64,000 nt of DNA from an uncultured bacterium (GTDB lineage Bacteria; Armatimonadota; UBA5829): positions 44,688 through 108,687 of the forward strand of contig CAZTAO010000012.1 in NCBI GenBank assembly GCA_964611645.1. The letters run 5' to 3'. Position 1 is the first letter of the stretch. The number at the start of each line of letters is the position of its first letter. A program made the translations under genes and the position numbers. Below the pieces are notes generated by a model, which did not search any database, was not told where the DNA came from, and worked only from the letters and a program-made list of their open reading frames with translations. Positions 43,896 to 54,700 of this stretch are shown here, one piece after another.

Positions 43896-45302
43896 ATGCG
43901 GAAGCTTACTCTCGGCCTGATTGTGGGCCATAGGAATGTGTTCCCGGGGCAGTTGTCTGCTGACGGGCGAGAAGAGATACTGGCGGCGCTGGCGAAGATA
44001 GGGGTCGAAGCGATCCTGCCCGATGAGGCAGCTACCACATTCGGCGCAATCGCCGATTACCAGGACGCCAAGGCCTGCGCTGAGCTTTTCCGAAGCCGAG
44101 CCAAGGACATTCAGGGGATACTGGTGTGCCTGCCCAACTTCGGCGACGAACGGGCGGTTGCGGATACCATCAAGCTAGCCGGGCTGAGTGTGCCGGTGTT
44201 CGTGCAGGCTTACCCGGACGATCCCACCAAAATGGGCAGCCAGGACCGCCGCGATAGCTTCTGCGGGAAGATATCGGTGTGCAATGTGCTGAGGCAGTAT
44301 GGAATCCCATTCACCATCGGCGAGACCCATACCGTCCATCCGACCTCAGATGAGTTCGCTCGCGAGATCGAGCAGTTTGGGGCGGTGTGCAGGGTAACCA
44401 ACGGCCTGAGGAGCGCCCGCCTTGGCTGCATCGGCGCGCGCACCACCCCTTTCAAGACCGTGCGATACAGCGAGAAACTGCTGGAGTTGAGCGGAATGTC
44501 CGTGGACACGGTGGACCTGTCCGAGATATTCGCCGCGGCCGAGAAGTTTGACCAGAAGAGCGAGGAGGTGCAGTCCAGGCTTGCGAAGCTGTCCGGCTAC
44601 TTGCCGACTGGCGACACAACCCCCGAATCTCTGGTCTCGATGGCGAAGTTTGCGGCGGCGGTTGATGGATGGGTCTCAGGCAACGAACTGGACGCCTGCG
44701 CTATCCAGTGTTGGCCAGCTTTGCAGGGCGCGATGAAAATATTCCCGTGCGCGGTGATGGGGATGATGAGCGAATCCCTGATGCCCGCCGCCTGCGAGAC
44801 CGATGTCACCGGGGCCATCAGTATGTATGCCCTCCAGCTTGCCGGCGGGACCCCCTCCGGCCTGATGGACTGGAACAACAACTACGGCGACGACCCGGAC
44901 AAGCTGGTCTACTTCCACTGCAGCAACGCGCCCAAGTCCCTTCTGGATAACCCGAAGATGGACTATAACGCCATCGCCGCCAAATTCGACCCGATAGAGG
45001 ACACATACGGCTGCTGCTACGGAATGATCAAGTCTGGGCCATTTACTTATACAAAGGTATCCACCGATGACGCCGCGGGCGAGATAGTGGCCTACACCGG
45101 CCAGGGCGAGTTCACCACGGACAAACTCGACTCATTCGGGGCTGTTGGCGTAGCGCACATACCGGGCTTGCAGGACCTGCTCAAGTTCATCTGCCTAAAC
45201 GGCTTCGAGCACCACGTAGCCATCAGCCACACCCAAACCGCCACCGCAATCACCGAAGCGTTCACGAGGTATCTGGGGTGGTCTGTTTATAGGCACGGGT
45301 AG
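43896..45302 (+). CDS. L-fucose/L-arabinose isomerase family protein
   Basis: LGLIVGHRNVFPG...ILVCLPNFGDERAVADT...RRDSFCGKISVCNVLRQYGIPFT resembles the FucI-like family. The start is ATG 43896 or GTG 43887. Confidence 0.65.
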   Translation: MRKLTLGLIVGHRNVFPGQLSADGREEILAALAKIGVEAILPDEAATTFGAIADYQDAKACAELFRSRAKDIQGILVCLPNFGDERAVADTIKLAGLSVPVFVQAYPDDPTKMGSQDRRDSFCGKISVCNVLRQYGIPFTIGETHTVHPTSDEFAREIEQFGAVCRVTNGLRSARLGCIGARTTPFKTVRYSEKLLELSGMSVDTVDLSEIFAAAEKFDQKSEEVQSRLAKLSGYLPTGDTTPESLVSMAKFAAAVDGWVSGNELDACAIQCWPALQGAMKIFPCAVMGMMSESLMPAACETDVTGAISMYALQLAGGTPSGLMDWNNNYGDDPDKLVYFHCSNAPKSLLDNPKMDYNAIAAKFDPIEDTYGCCYGMIKSGPFTYTKVSTDDAAGEIVAYTGQGEFTTDKLDSFGAVGVAHIPGLQDLLKFICLNGFEHHVAISHTQTATAITEAFTRYLGWSVYRHG

Positions 45303-45397
45303 GTCATAGGTCGTCGGTCGATGGTCACTGGTGGCACAGTTTGTCCCGTGACGCGCGAGTTGTTACAATTGACCTCAGGAAGCAATGGAGGATTGGA

Positions 45398-47800
45398 ATG
45401 AAACTTCTCTGCGTTCTCAGTTGTCTGTTCGTTCTGGCAGCGTCAGCAGCATTCGCGCAGGAGCGCAACCTTGTGCTGAAGCGGGCTTACGAAATGTGGC
45501 CTGTGCCCAACTATGGGGGTACCGAAGAGTGTACCGATGCGGGCGACGTGGTCCAGCTTACTGATGGCGAGACATTCTACCAACGGGGCCGTATCTGGGG
45601 GGACAAGTCGACCGTTGGGTGGGCGATGCCGCTCAATGAGCCGGCTGTGATGTGGTTCGACCTCGGCGAAGAGGCTACCCTCTCCGAGCTTCGCTTCAAC
45701 ACCTGCGGTGGAGGCGGAGCGGGTGTGGTGGATGTCGGCCTGCGCATCTTCGGCAGCGTTGATGACAAGAACTACATCCCCATTGGAGAGCGTCTTCCTC
45801 CGGGCGCCGCCGAAGCCGACCAGGGGACAATTCGCGGCGTGCAGATGGTTGTGCCTCTGAATGGAGTTAAGGCTCGGTACGTGGCAATCGCCGCAATGGC
45901 GCCAGCGCCGTGGTACTTTGTGTTTGTCGATGAGATCGAGATAATGGGAATAGCCCCAGCCGATCCGCGCTCGACCTTGCCCGTGCTCACAGGCATATCG
46001 GCAAGCGGCGCGAAAGGCATTCAGCAGGTTCTCGGGGGCGGCTTGCGGACTTCGCAGTATATGACAAACCTGCTCGCCCCCGTGAAGCAGCAGATTGCTT
46101 CGTGGCCGGAAGCAGTTGCCGCGCAGCAGAAGACTGATATCGACCTATTCATGGCCCGGAGCCTGACTGAGTTCAAGGATTACCCCAAGCTGCGCGCCGA
46201 GGCTACCGAGAAGCACCGCGTTCTGGCCCGGCAGGTCCTCCAAATCGGTTCTCTGATCTGGACGGTCTTCCCAGATGAGATGCTCGGGATGCTGTCTCTT
46301 CCCGCCTCGCCCAAGGCCTCGCGGAACCCGGTCGTGCATACCATTATCAACGCGCTGGAGGCTGCTGCCCTCGGCGCAGCCAACCTGACCGACAAGGAGC
46401 AGCCGCTCAAGGTAGAAGTGACCGGCAACCGTAAGGGCGCGCCAACGGTCACCCCTCGCATCTCACGTTTCGCTTCCACCACCAACGCGATGTACGTCCC
46501 GGACATCCTTCTCGCCACCGATTGCCCTCAGACAATCCCCAGCGGGGAGTCGAAGCTGGTATGGCTGGGAGTTGAGAGCACTGGAGTGAAGCCGGGCAAG
46601 TACTTCTATAAGGTAAGCGTCGAGATCGGCAATGTGACCCATAAGTCTGTTCTGGAAGTGCGGGTCCACAAGGTCACACTTTCAAGAGAGACACCACTGG
46701 AGACAGGAACCTGGTCCGACCTGGACGACTGCAAGCTGCCGGTGCAAAAGGATGTGCGCGATGATATGCTGAAGCACCGGATGACGGTCGGCGCGTGCTC
46801 GTGTGGCCCCTTGCCTTTCCCGAAGAAGGACGCAAGCGGAAAAGCCATAAGGCCGATAGTCCCGGACTTCACAGCGCTGGATGGGGCGCTTGAAATGCAC
46901 AAGGACTTCCCGCAGATGTTCTGGTTCATCCCGATGCATCCCGCAAGCAATCCTCCCTCCAACGACTGGTTCGGCAGCGCGCCCTATATGAGCGATGAGT
47001 ACAAGAGCGTATTTGCCGAATGGTTGACCAACTACGTGAAGCACATCAGAGCCAAAGGCAGGGATTACGACAGGTTCTACCTGCAGATATTCGATGAGAC
47101 TCTCGATCCCAAAGCTGCCGAAGTCTTCAGGCTGGTCAAGAGCATCGATCCCAAGATCAGGCTGTTTGTCACCATCCCGCAGGCAACTGCGGACGCTGTG
47201 AAAGAGTTCGTAGCCGCGGGCGTGGATGCGTACTGCTACCACGCAACCGGTTTGTGGCTTGGGAATGCTCCGGACGGCTTCCCGATTCTGCGCTCCGATG
47301 GCCGAAAACTTGAGATCTACGGCGCGGCGGACTCGGCATACGGCGCGGGCAAGGAGCGCGACCCGCTGGAGTTCTACCGGCTTATGCATTGGAGGGCGTT
47401 CCACTACGGCGCGACCGGCGTCCATTTCTGGAACCAACTCAACAACCGCACCAGCGGCTGGATAGACGAGACCCCGGCGGAGGTCTACTGGCCGCAGGTC
47501 TACCCAATTGGCCAAGGCTTCCCCGCGCCACCCGCCGACATCAAGACCGCTGAAACGGTCATCCCCAGCAGGCGGTGGGAATACCAGCGGATGGGCATAG
47601 AAGACTACATGCTCCTCAAGATGGCCCAAGACAAGATCAGCAAACTGGGGCCCAAAGGCGCGAACTACCAGAAGCAGCTCGATGCCATCGTGAAGACAGT
47701 CCTGACCAACCGAATCCAGGATCGCACCGTATTCCACAGTCAGCGGGCCACGCTGGTTGCGCTCGTGGAGAAGCTGTCACAGAGGAATGCCGCCAAGTAG
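45398..47800 (+). CDS. Secreted glycan-active protein: F5/8 type C (CBM32-like) domain plus DUF4091/GH123-like domain
   Basis: ATG 45398 follows GGAGG. Signal peptide: MKLLCVLSCLFVLAASAAFAQ. The discoidin-like domain ends ARYVAIAA...VFVDEIEIMG. The C-terminal RWEYQRMGIEDYMLLKM is typical of DUF4091. Confidence 0.6.
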   Translation: MKLLCVLSCLFVLAASAAFAQERNLVLKRAYEMWPVPNYGGTEECTDAGDVVQLTDGETFYQRGRIWGDKSTVGWAMPLNEPAVMWFDLGEEATLSELRFNTCGGGGAGVVDVGLRIFGSVDDKNYIPIGERLPPGAAEADQGTIRGVQMVVPLNGVKARYVAIAAMAPAPWYFVFVDEIEIMGIAPADPRSTLPVLTGISASGAKGIQQVLGGGLRTSQYMTNLLAPVKQQIASWPEAVAAQQKTDIDLFMARSLTEFKDYPKLRAEATEKHRVLARQVLQIGSLIWTVFPDEMLGMLSLPASPKASRNPVVHTIINALEAAALGAANLTDKEQPLKVEVTGNRKGAPTVTPRISRFASTTNAMYVPDILLATDCPQTIPSGESKLVWLGVESTGVKPGKYFYKVSVEIGNVTHKSVLEVRVHKVTLSRETPLETGTWSDLDDCKLPVQKDVRDDMLKHRMTVGACSCGPLPFPKKDASGKAIRPIVPDFTALDGALEMHKDFPQMFWFIPMHPASNPPSNDWFGSAPYMSDEYKSVFAEWLTNYVKHIRAKGRDYDRFYLQIFDETLDPKAAEVFRLVKSIDPKIRLFVTIPQATADAVKEFVAAGVDAYCYHATGLWLGNAPDGFPILRSDGRKLEIYGAADSAYGAGKERDPLEFYRLMHWRAFHYGATGVHFWNQLNNRTSGWIDETPAEVYWPQVYPIGQGFPAPPADIKTAETVIPSRRWEYQRMGIEDYMLLKMAQDKISKLGPKGANYQKQLDAIVKTVLTNRIQDRTVFHSQRATLVALVEKLSQRNAAK

Positions 47801-47911
47801 AAGAATTGTCGACAACTATCAAATGTGATATAGTTGGGGAATCAAAATACACCTGTTTCCCCGACAGACCGATAGTTGCCCCAATTGGCCGCTACCAGGA
47901 GGAGTGTGGAA

Positions 47912-49072
47912 GTGCTTTCGCGAGAACGTTTGCTCACAGCCATAGACTGCAAGGTTCCCGATCGAGTTCCTCTGTACATCCGTGAGTTCAGCACGGTTCG
48001 GGTTCCCAACCATCTGCGCCACAAGGCCGCTTTCGAGCGCGTGCTGCGCTGGGCCGCGCTGGAAGTGGACGACATCATAGACATGCCCGCTCCCTGGGGC
48101 CACCACCCCAGCGTAACCACCCGGGCCTGGCGCGAGGAACCTACAGCCGACGAGCAGTACCCGCTGCTGCATAAGGAGTACGATACGCCTGCCGGGACGC
48201 TCAGGCAAATTGTCCGCAAGACCCCTGATGAAGCCGGTTGGCCCCCGCAGATGGATGAGATCCAACTCATAGATGACTTCAATGTCCCGCGGGCGGTGGA
48301 GCATGCTGTGAGCGGGCCGGAGGATTTGCCGAAACTGCGGTATCTTCTTACCGAGCCTTCCAAGGACCAGTTGGCGGCGTTCAGGACCCAGATGAAGGAA
48401 ACACGTGACTGGGCACAGGAGCACGGCACGCTGCTTGCCGGCTGGGGATCGTGCGGCGCGGACGGCGCGGTTTGGTTCTGTGGGATGGAGGGCGCTGTGC
48501 TGGCGGCGATGGACTCTCCGGACTTCATGGATGAACTGCTGGACATAATTCACGCCTACGACAAGCGCTGCATCGAACTGCACGTGGAACAGGGCGTGGA
48601 TATGATCGTACACCGGGGCTGGTACCAGACCACACGGCTTTGGTCCCCCGCGCTGTACAGACGTTTCATCAAGCCGCGTCTGAATGAGCTGGTTTCCCTG
48701 GCCCACCAGAACGGCACCCGCTTCGCCTACACAATGAGCAGCGGAATCATGCCTTTGCTGGACGATTTCCTGGATATCGGCTTCGACTGCCTCTACCACG
48801 TAGACCCCGTTCAGGGGGACGCCGACCTCAAGGCTGTGAAAGAGAAGCTTGGCGGCAAGATTGCACTGCTGGGTGGCATGAACTCCACCGTTACCATGAA
48901 CTTCGGCACCCGCGAAGAGATCAGGCAGGCCGTGTTCAATGCGGTCGAGATGCTGGCCAAGGATGGCGGGTTCATCCTCAACCCGGTCGACAACGTCTGG
49001 CCGGACACCCCCAAGGAAAGCATAGACACACTGATCGAGGCGTGGCGCGAGGTACGCGATTACTACAAGTAG
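47912..49072 (+). CDS. Uroporphyrinogen decarboxylase (URO-D) family protein
   Basis: LSRERLLTAIDCKVPDRVPLY and GGMNSTVTMNFGTREEIRQAV...DGGFILNPVDNVWPDTPKESIDTLIEAW are typical of the family. GTG 47912 lies 9 nt after AGGAGG. The track start is 47876. Confidence 0.7.
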   Translation: MLSRERLLTAIDCKVPDRVPLYIREFSTVRVPNHLRHKAAFERVLRWAALEVDDIIDMPAPWGHHPSVTTRAWREEPTADEQYPLLHKEYDTPAGTLRQIVRKTPDEAGWPPQMDEIQLIDDFNVPRAVEHAVSGPEDLPKLRYLLTEPSKDQLAAFRTQMKETRDWAQEHGTLLAGWGSCGADGAVWFCGMEGAVLAAMDSPDFMDELLDIIHAYDKRCIELHVEQGVDMIVHRGWYQTTRLWSPALYRRFIKPRLNELVSLAHQNGTRFAYTMSSGIMPLLDDFLDIGFDCLYHVDPVQGDADLKAVKEKLGGKIALLGGMNSTVTMNFGTREEIRQAVFNAVEMLAKDGGFILNPVDNVWPDTPKESIDTLIEAWREVRDYYK

Positions 49073-49079
49073 GAGGCGC

Positions 49080-50030
49080 ATGATGGAACAGGCCAACAAC
49101 ACAACCAACCCCGGACTGTCCCAGGCTGATATAGTCGCCGGTCTGCGCCGCGTGGGGCTGAAGTCCGGGGATGTGGTCCTCGTGCATTCAGCCATGCGCA
49201 CTCTCGGCCGGGTGCAGGGCGGGCCAAACACGGTTATCGAGGCGTTGTTGGAGGTAGTAGGCCCGACCGGGACCCTGGTGGCGCCAACATTCAACTTCCA
49301 GCACGCCATCAGTTCACCCGACCCGCTCATCGATCCAATCGACGATCCATCGGAAATGGGGATCATCACGGAAACCGTGCGGCTGCGGCCGGACGCTCGA
49401 AGATCGATCACCTTCCGCCACAGCTTCGCAGCTATCGGGCGCAGAGCGAAGGAGATCACGGAGGTCGATCCGGCTCTGTCTCCATTTGACCTGCGCTCTT
49501 CCTTCGGGGTGATGCTGGCGCTGGACACCCAGGTCATCCTGCTCGGCGTAACCTACGACTCCTCGACCACCCATCACATGGCGGAGTATCTCTCCGAAGT
49601 GCCCTATAGGCACATGGTCAAGGTCGATGTAAGGCTGCGGCTGCCGGACGGAAAAGAAGTCCGGTATCCAATGGACGACTACCAGGCCAAACCCGGCGCG
49701 GATGGCTCGTGGTTCGGAACCCGAAACCCCGACTTCAACCGCCTGGGCAGGATGCTGGAGGAGAAGGGCGTTGTTGAGATGACCGCGATAGGTAATGCAG
49801 CCGTGCGCCGATACGCCATGCGAGATCTGATCAAGCTGGCCGTGGCCGAGGGAACCAAGGACCCCGACGTCTTCCGAACCGACGAAGGCAAGCTGGAAGA
49901 TTACACCCCCCTGGATTTCGGCGAGATAGTCCTGGGGCCATGGGTACTCGACGCCAAGAAGCGTCCCATCCTGAGGCACCAGTGGGCCGTAATGGACTCC
50001 GCAAAACTGGCAATGCCGGATCATTCTTGA
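49080..50030 (+). CDS. AAC(3)-family (Antibiotic_NAT) N-acetyltransferase
   Basis: Motifs: GLKSGDVVLVHSAMRTLG, GPTGTLVAPTFNF, MGIITETVR and LLGVTYDSSTTHHMAEY. Confidence 0.75.
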   Translation: MMEQANNTTNPGLSQADIVAGLRRVGLKSGDVVLVHSAMRTLGRVQGGPNTVIEALLEVVGPTGTLVAPTFNFQHAISSPDPLIDPIDDPSEMGIITETVRLRPDARRSITFRHSFAAIGRRAKEITEVDPALSPFDLRSSFGVMLALDTQVILLGVTYDSSTTHHMAEYLSEVPYRHMVKVDVRLRLPDGKEVRYPMDDYQAKPGADGSWFGTRNPDFNRLGRMLEEKGVVEMTAIGNAAVRRYAMRDLIKLAVAEGTKDPDVFRTDEGKLEDYTPLDFGEIVLGPWVLDAKKRPILRHQWAVMDSAKLAMPDHS

Positions 50031-50042
50031 AAAGGTAACACA

Positions 50043-51776
50043 ATGGAATACACAAAAGGCATGAACATGGCAAAGGCAACAGTTCTCATCGGCGCGAAGG
50101 GGCCTGCCGACCTGAAGTCCCACGCCAAGGTAATCAACAAGATCCTGCAGATGGATGGGGACAAAGTCGCCCGCGAGCTTCCGGCGGAGCATCAGCTTCT
50201 GGTGGATGGTTGGGGGCGTGATATTTTCCTGCCATCCCTGGTCTATATGCCCGAGAAAGACAGGCTGCTGCTGCGGTTTGGCTTGAGGGAGATCGCGCGG
50301 GACGAGAAGCTGCTGCCGATGCAGGCTCTTCTTATCTCCAGCGATGACCACGGCAAGACCTGGAGCGCGCCAATCGACAGGCCCACGGTCTGCCCGGAGA
50401 CAAGCGCCCCGGGTATGGTGCTGAGCTATCTGGGCAACGGGAAACTGCTGGAGGTAGGCGAGGCCACCGGGGAGAACACCAGGTGGTTCAGTTCGGACTT
50501 CGGCGAGACCTGGGGCTACTATCCGGCTGCTCATACATCAAGCGGCTTTGCGTTCTACGTGTGGGACCCCTGCTACTCCGACAAAGACCCCAAAACAGGC
50601 GAGCCCGTGCGCGTGATGATAGGCGGATACCGCGCGGGGATGGAAAGGCGATTCGACGGCGCGAAGAGGCTGGCGGTTCTGCCAGAAGAGTGGCATTGGA
50701 AGCACGACCCCACGGACAAAGGCATGGCCGAAGAGTGGTTCAAAGACCAATCGACCAGCAACTGGCCACGAATGATGCGGATCGACCGGCATTGGACCAT
50801 GCAGGGCGAACCGGGCGGCGTGGGCTGGTACGCGGTGGATTTCGAGATAACGGACACGGGCGGCGCGCCAGTGATGATCCTCTTCGGCTCTGTGGACGGC
50901 ATCTGCGACGTCTTTATCGATGGCGAAAAGGTCGGCGAGCAGAAGCTGCCGCCCGAGATAATGTGGAACAAGCCCTTCCATATACCCGTCAGCGCGGGGC
51001 TATCGCCCGGCAAGCACACGATGGTTGTGAGGGTTGAGAAGGAGATCAAGTCGGACACGAACGCGGGCATCTGGGGGCCGGTCCAGATTGTCGATGCGAC
51101 AGGCTTCGATGACTGTGAAGACAAGCCCAACTGGCCGGAACTGCACGCGCTCATCCAGTTCAGCCACGATGGCGGCAAGACCTGGCCGGAGGAGATCGAG
51201 CCGCCGAGCTGGAACGGGGCGAATCTGTATGGGGTTAATGAAGTCTCGCTGAGCCGGGCCGCCAATGGCGACGTCATCGCCGCCTGCCGAGTTCAGCATC
51301 CGAAATACTGGCTCGACAATGCCAATGACACTATCGACCACTACTGCGGCCTGGGGACCTCGGTTTCAAAGGACAACGGCTACACATGGTCGCCGCTCAA
51401 CATCCTCTATGAGTTCGGCCACATGCACCCAAGCATGGCCCTGATGCCCAACGGCGACATCGTGATGACTTATGTCGAGCGAATGGGCGCGCTGAAGCCC
51501 GAAGACAGGGCACAAGATGAGGACGGCTTTTCCCGGTGGGGAGTCGAGGCAGTAATCAGCCGGGACAACGGCCAGACCTGGGACCTGGAGCACAAGTACA
51601 TACTGGCCAGATGGTCCGGCCCGCACCACGCGCAGTCGACTTCCACGGTCCTCCTGCCCGACGGCTCCCTGCTAACAGCCTTCGGCTCAGGCTACCTCAG
51701 CCGCCCGGAGGAGCGAAAGGAAATAGACATAACGCACGAAGTATGCCTGCTGAGATGGAGTCCGGATGGCGAGTAG
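50043..51776 (+). CDS. BNR-repeat (sialidase-fold) protein with an inserted galactose-binding-like domain
   Basis: Five Asp-box/BNR motifs: SSDDHGKTW, SSDFGETW, SHDGGKTW, SKDNGYTW and SRDNGQTW. The central GWYAVDFEITD...LFGSVDGICDVFIDGEKVG resembles a GH2 sugar-binding domain. Confidence 0.75.
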   Translation: MEYTKGMNMAKATVLIGAKGPADLKSHAKVINKILQMDGDKVARELPAEHQLLVDGWGRDIFLPSLVYMPEKDRLLLRFGLREIARDEKLLPMQALLISSDDHGKTWSAPIDRPTVCPETSAPGMVLSYLGNGKLLEVGEATGENTRWFSSDFGETWGYYPAAHTSSGFAFYVWDPCYSDKDPKTGEPVRVMIGGYRAGMERRFDGAKRLAVLPEEWHWKHDPTDKGMAEEWFKDQSTSNWPRMMRIDRHWTMQGEPGGVGWYAVDFEITDTGGAPVMILFGSVDGICDVFIDGEKVGEQKLPPEIMWNKPFHIPVSAGLSPGKHTMVVRVEKEIKSDTNAGIWGPVQIVDATGFDDCEDKPNWPELHALIQFSHDGGKTWPEEIEPPSWNGANLYGVNEVSLSRAANGDVIAACRVQHPKYWLDNANDTIDHYCGLGTSVSKDNGYTWSPLNILYEFGHMHPSMALMPNGDIVMTYVERMGALKPEDRAQDEDGFSRWGVEAVISRDNGQTWDLEHKYILARWSGPHHAQSTSTVLLPDGSLLTAFGSGYLSRPEERKEIDITHEVCLLRWSPDGE

Positions 51777-51794
51777 GTGAGGGAGCTGGGGAAC

Positions 51795-53174
51795 ATGAAC
51801 AGGCCGCTATCACACCTGTCTTTGTGTTTGTCTGTGATATTCGCATCACTATCCCTCGCGCAACCGGCCGGGAGTGAGCCGGGGTCGACCCAAGGAGTGA
51901 AAGCCATGAAATCCTCTGATAGCCCGCAAGCCGAGTTGCCGGTTCGGCTGCGGAAGCCGCCGGTCGCCCACCCTGAGCGGTGGATGACCATCCGGGTCTA
52001 CGGCAACATACTGTATACCACCGGGGTCTGGGCAAAGGATGGCAAAGTCGATCCTGCGAAGGTCCGTCCTCTCAAGCCCGAAGACATAGACTCCTGGGCC
52101 AAAGACTGCGCGGAACACGGCGCGACCGCCATCTTGTGGCAATCCAACTGCGGCGGCACATCCACCCACCCAAGCCCGGTGCTGGTGCTCTCGGGCCCGC
52201 CTGTCGAGGTGCACAATGACGCCTGGAAAGAGGGTTGGATCACGCTGGGCCAGGACATACGGCGGTTCGACACTCTGGTCGCCGGTATTGCCGCTGCGCA
52301 CAAGAATGGCCTGAGGTTCGTGTATTCGCTGTGCCCGTGGGATTTGGTGGGCTCTCCGTATGAGAAAAGCCCGTTCTACCCCAACCTGTGGATGATGCCG
52401 TACGAGGGCGAGGGGTTCCATGGCGTGCCGTGTTATGCCGAAGCTGAGGCTGTGAAGCTGATGCTGAAGCACGTGCGAAGCGTCCTGGATCGGGGAGTCG
52501 ACGACCTCGCCATCTCCCCATTCGCCCACACGCAGGGGATGGGAGAGGACAAACCAAGCCTCTACTGCTACAACCCGCCGGTCAAAGAAGCCTACAAGAA
52601 GAAGTACGGCGTCGAGCTGACCCCCGAGACCTTTGACCGCACAAAATGGGACGCTCTCTACGGCGACTTCTTCACCGGCTTCATGCGCAAGCTCCATCAC
52701 GAGACCTCGAAGCGAGGCCAGCGGCTAATAGGCTTCACTACCCGCAACGGCAAGTTGGGCTGGGGAGGCAAGGGTGGCAAGCAATTCTATGACCACAATG
52801 TTCTGGGAGCCGCCGAGCCGACAGTCGACCCCGGCTGCGGGATAGAGTTCCAGTATAAGAAATGGGCTGAAGAGGGGATTGTGGAAGGGCTGCTGGTGGT
52901 GGCTCCTCCGGATAATGCTGTGGAGATCGCCGCGGAAGTGCGGGCTTCGACCGGCAAGCCCGTCCTTCTCTGGCAGAACGCCACCCCCGGCAGCACCGAG
53001 GCGCAGTGGGAAGCTTTCAGGCGAGAAGCGACAAAGGTCGGCGCAGGCAAGCTGGACGGCTACGCCCTGCACTCAATGATCACAGTAAACTACGGCGACT
53101 ACCCCGACCACCTGTGGGAGGTATTGCGGGCTGCGGCAGGGAAGGGGAAAGTGACGTTGTCTGCGAGTCCGTAG
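51795..53174 (+). CDS. Secreted hypothetical protein (possible TIM-barrel glycosidase-like)
   Basis: ATG 51795. Signal peptide: MNRPLSHLSLCLSVIFASLSLAQP. I recognise no family. Confidence 0.55.
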   Translation: MNRPLSHLSLCLSVIFASLSLAQPAGSEPGSTQGVKAMKSSDSPQAELPVRLRKPPVAHPERWMTIRVYGNILYTTGVWAKDGKVDPAKVRPLKPEDIDSWAKDCAEHGATAILWQSNCGGTSTHPSPVLVLSGPPVEVHNDAWKEGWITLGQDIRRFDTLVAGIAAAHKNGLRFVYSLCPWDLVGSPYEKSPFYPNLWMMPYEGEGFHGVPCYAEAEAVKLMLKHVRSVLDRGVDDLAISPFAHTQGMGEDKPSLYCYNPPVKEAYKKKYGVELTPETFDRTKWDALYGDFFTGFMRKLHHETSKRGQRLIGFTTRNGKLGWGGKGGKQFYDHNVLGAAEPTVDPGCGIEFQYKKWAEEGIVEGLLVVAPPDNAVEIAAEVRASTGKPVLLWQNATPGSTEAQWEAFRREATKVGAGKLDGYALHSMITVNYGDYPDHLWEVLRAAAGKGKVTLSASP

Positions 53175-53216
53175 GAAACACGTCCGCGCCACACGATCTA
53201 TACAGGAGGATTAGCC

Positions 53217-54632
53217 ATGAAGCCGATAGGTGTTTGCTCTGTGTTAGTGTTCGCTGTGCTATTTGTGTTGCTCTCCGGGGCCGCCATGTCCGCCAATGTG
53301 CGCGAACTCGGCGCTGTGGGGGATGGAGTTGCCGATGATACCGCGGCCATACAAACGGTCATCGATGCTCTGCCAGTGGGAGGAGGGAGGGTCTACTTGC
53401 CTGCCGGCATATACCTGGTGAAGAAGCTGGCCCTCAAGACCGGCGTCACCCTTCAAGGAGACGGCCCCAGCACTGTTCTGCTCGCTGCTCAGACGTCGCC
53501 ATACCTGGTAACATTCGCCAGTGGCACTGCGGAGCGTGTCCGGATCGCTGACCTGACACTCGACGGCAATGCCCCATCTCAGAAAGACAGTGCTTTTGGC
53601 CTCTACCTTCCGCCTGGTTGCGCAGTGAGTGATCTCACGGTAGAACGGGTGCATTTCCGCAACCATCCCGCCCACGCTATCGCAATCGGCAAGGCGGACC
53701 ACCACGGACTGAGATTCAATAAGCTGGATATCGTCAAGCCCGGCGGGAACGGCTTCTGGATCGATGGCGGCGCCGACATCTCGATCACAGACTGCCGTAT
53801 CTCCGGGGCCGGGGGCAGCAAGGATGCCCACGGCATCGAGACTACCTACAAGTCCAACGTGGGGAATCTCCTGATAGCGCACTGCACCGTCTCAGGCTCC
53901 GGCGGGCACAACATTTTCCTTGGAGACACCAGCAATACCAGGATCGAAGACAATATGCTCGACTTCGCCGGGCGAGTCAACGATACCATGAGTGGAATCC
54001 AGGCCAACCGGGCTTACTCGCCGACTATGGTCGGGCTGGTGATCAGCGGCAATGTCATAGACAACTCCCAGGGCTATGGGATCTGCTGTTCGGGGGTGGA
54101 CGAGTTCATCATCCAGGGCAATCGGCTTCACAGAGGTGGAGACCCGGCCATCGAGATCACAGGAGGTTGCCACGATTGGATCATCGCCGATAATACGATC
54201 ACCGATGTCCCCAGCGTAGCCTTGAGCATCATCGCGGAGCCGGTGGACCAACCGTACAATGCGGTCATTAAAGGCAATGTGATCAGGCGCAACGGCATGA
54301 TGGGTATCGCCGTCAGCGCGGGTCAGGAACTGGTCATCAGCGGCAACACGATTCTGAACAACGGCTACATGTTCTCCAAGGCCGGTGACAAAGCCGATCC
54401 GGCGGACTACAGCGGCATCGCGTTGATCAACGCGCGCCACAACGTGATCACGGGAAACCGCGTCGGCAACAACGCCAACTCACAGACCCAGGCGTTGGGT
54501 ATAGTGGAGTCACACGGTTCCGACTACAATCTTGTCCAGGGCAACGATCTCATCGGTAACCTGAAGAAGGCTTTGGTGCTCAAAGGCTCCCACAGCCGAG
54601 CAAGCGGGAACCTGGGCGTTTCGGGCAGGTAA
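53217..54632 (+). CDS. Secreted right-handed parallel beta-helix protein (pectate-lyase-3 / GH28-related N-terminus)
   Basis: A strong AGGAGG RBS and a signal peptide. VRELGAVGDGVADDTAAIQTVIDAL..GGRVYLPAGIYLV is followed by repeated beta-helix coils (ISGN.I.NN). Confidence 0.75.
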   Translation: MKPIGVCSVLVFAVLFVLLSGAAMSANVRELGAVGDGVADDTAAIQTVIDALPVGGGRVYLPAGIYLVKKLALKTGVTLQGDGPSTVLLAAQTSPYLVTFASGTAERVRIADLTLDGNAPSQKDSAFGLYLPPGCAVSDLTVERVHFRNHPAHAIAIGKADHHGLRFNKLDIVKPGGNGFWIDGGADISITDCRISGAGGSKDAHGIETTYKSNVGNLLIAHCTVSGSGGHNIFLGDTSNTRIEDNMLDFAGRVNDTMSGIQANRAYSPTMVGLVISGNVIDNSQGYGICCSGVDEFIIQGNRLHRGGDPAIEITGGCHDWIIADNTITDVPSVALSIIAEPVDQPYNAVIKGNVIRRNGMMGIAVSAGQELVISGNTILNNGYMFSKAGDKADPADYSGIALINARHNVITGNRVGNNANSQTQALGIVESHGSDYNLVQGNDLIGNLKKALVLKGSHSRASGNLGVSGR

Positions 54633-54700
54633 GGCAGACAGGACAGAAGCAACGGGGCTCTGCTGGCTCGCCAACAGGTTGGCCTGGCAATCAGGCGACG

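Noticed and set aside
49080-50030. The AAC(3)-family gene as a horizontally acquired antibiotic-resistance determinant
   Set aside because: There are no integrase, transposase, integron or IS features nearby. The gene is tightly embedded in a chromosomal glycan-utilisation cluster. A resistance island is not supported by the context.
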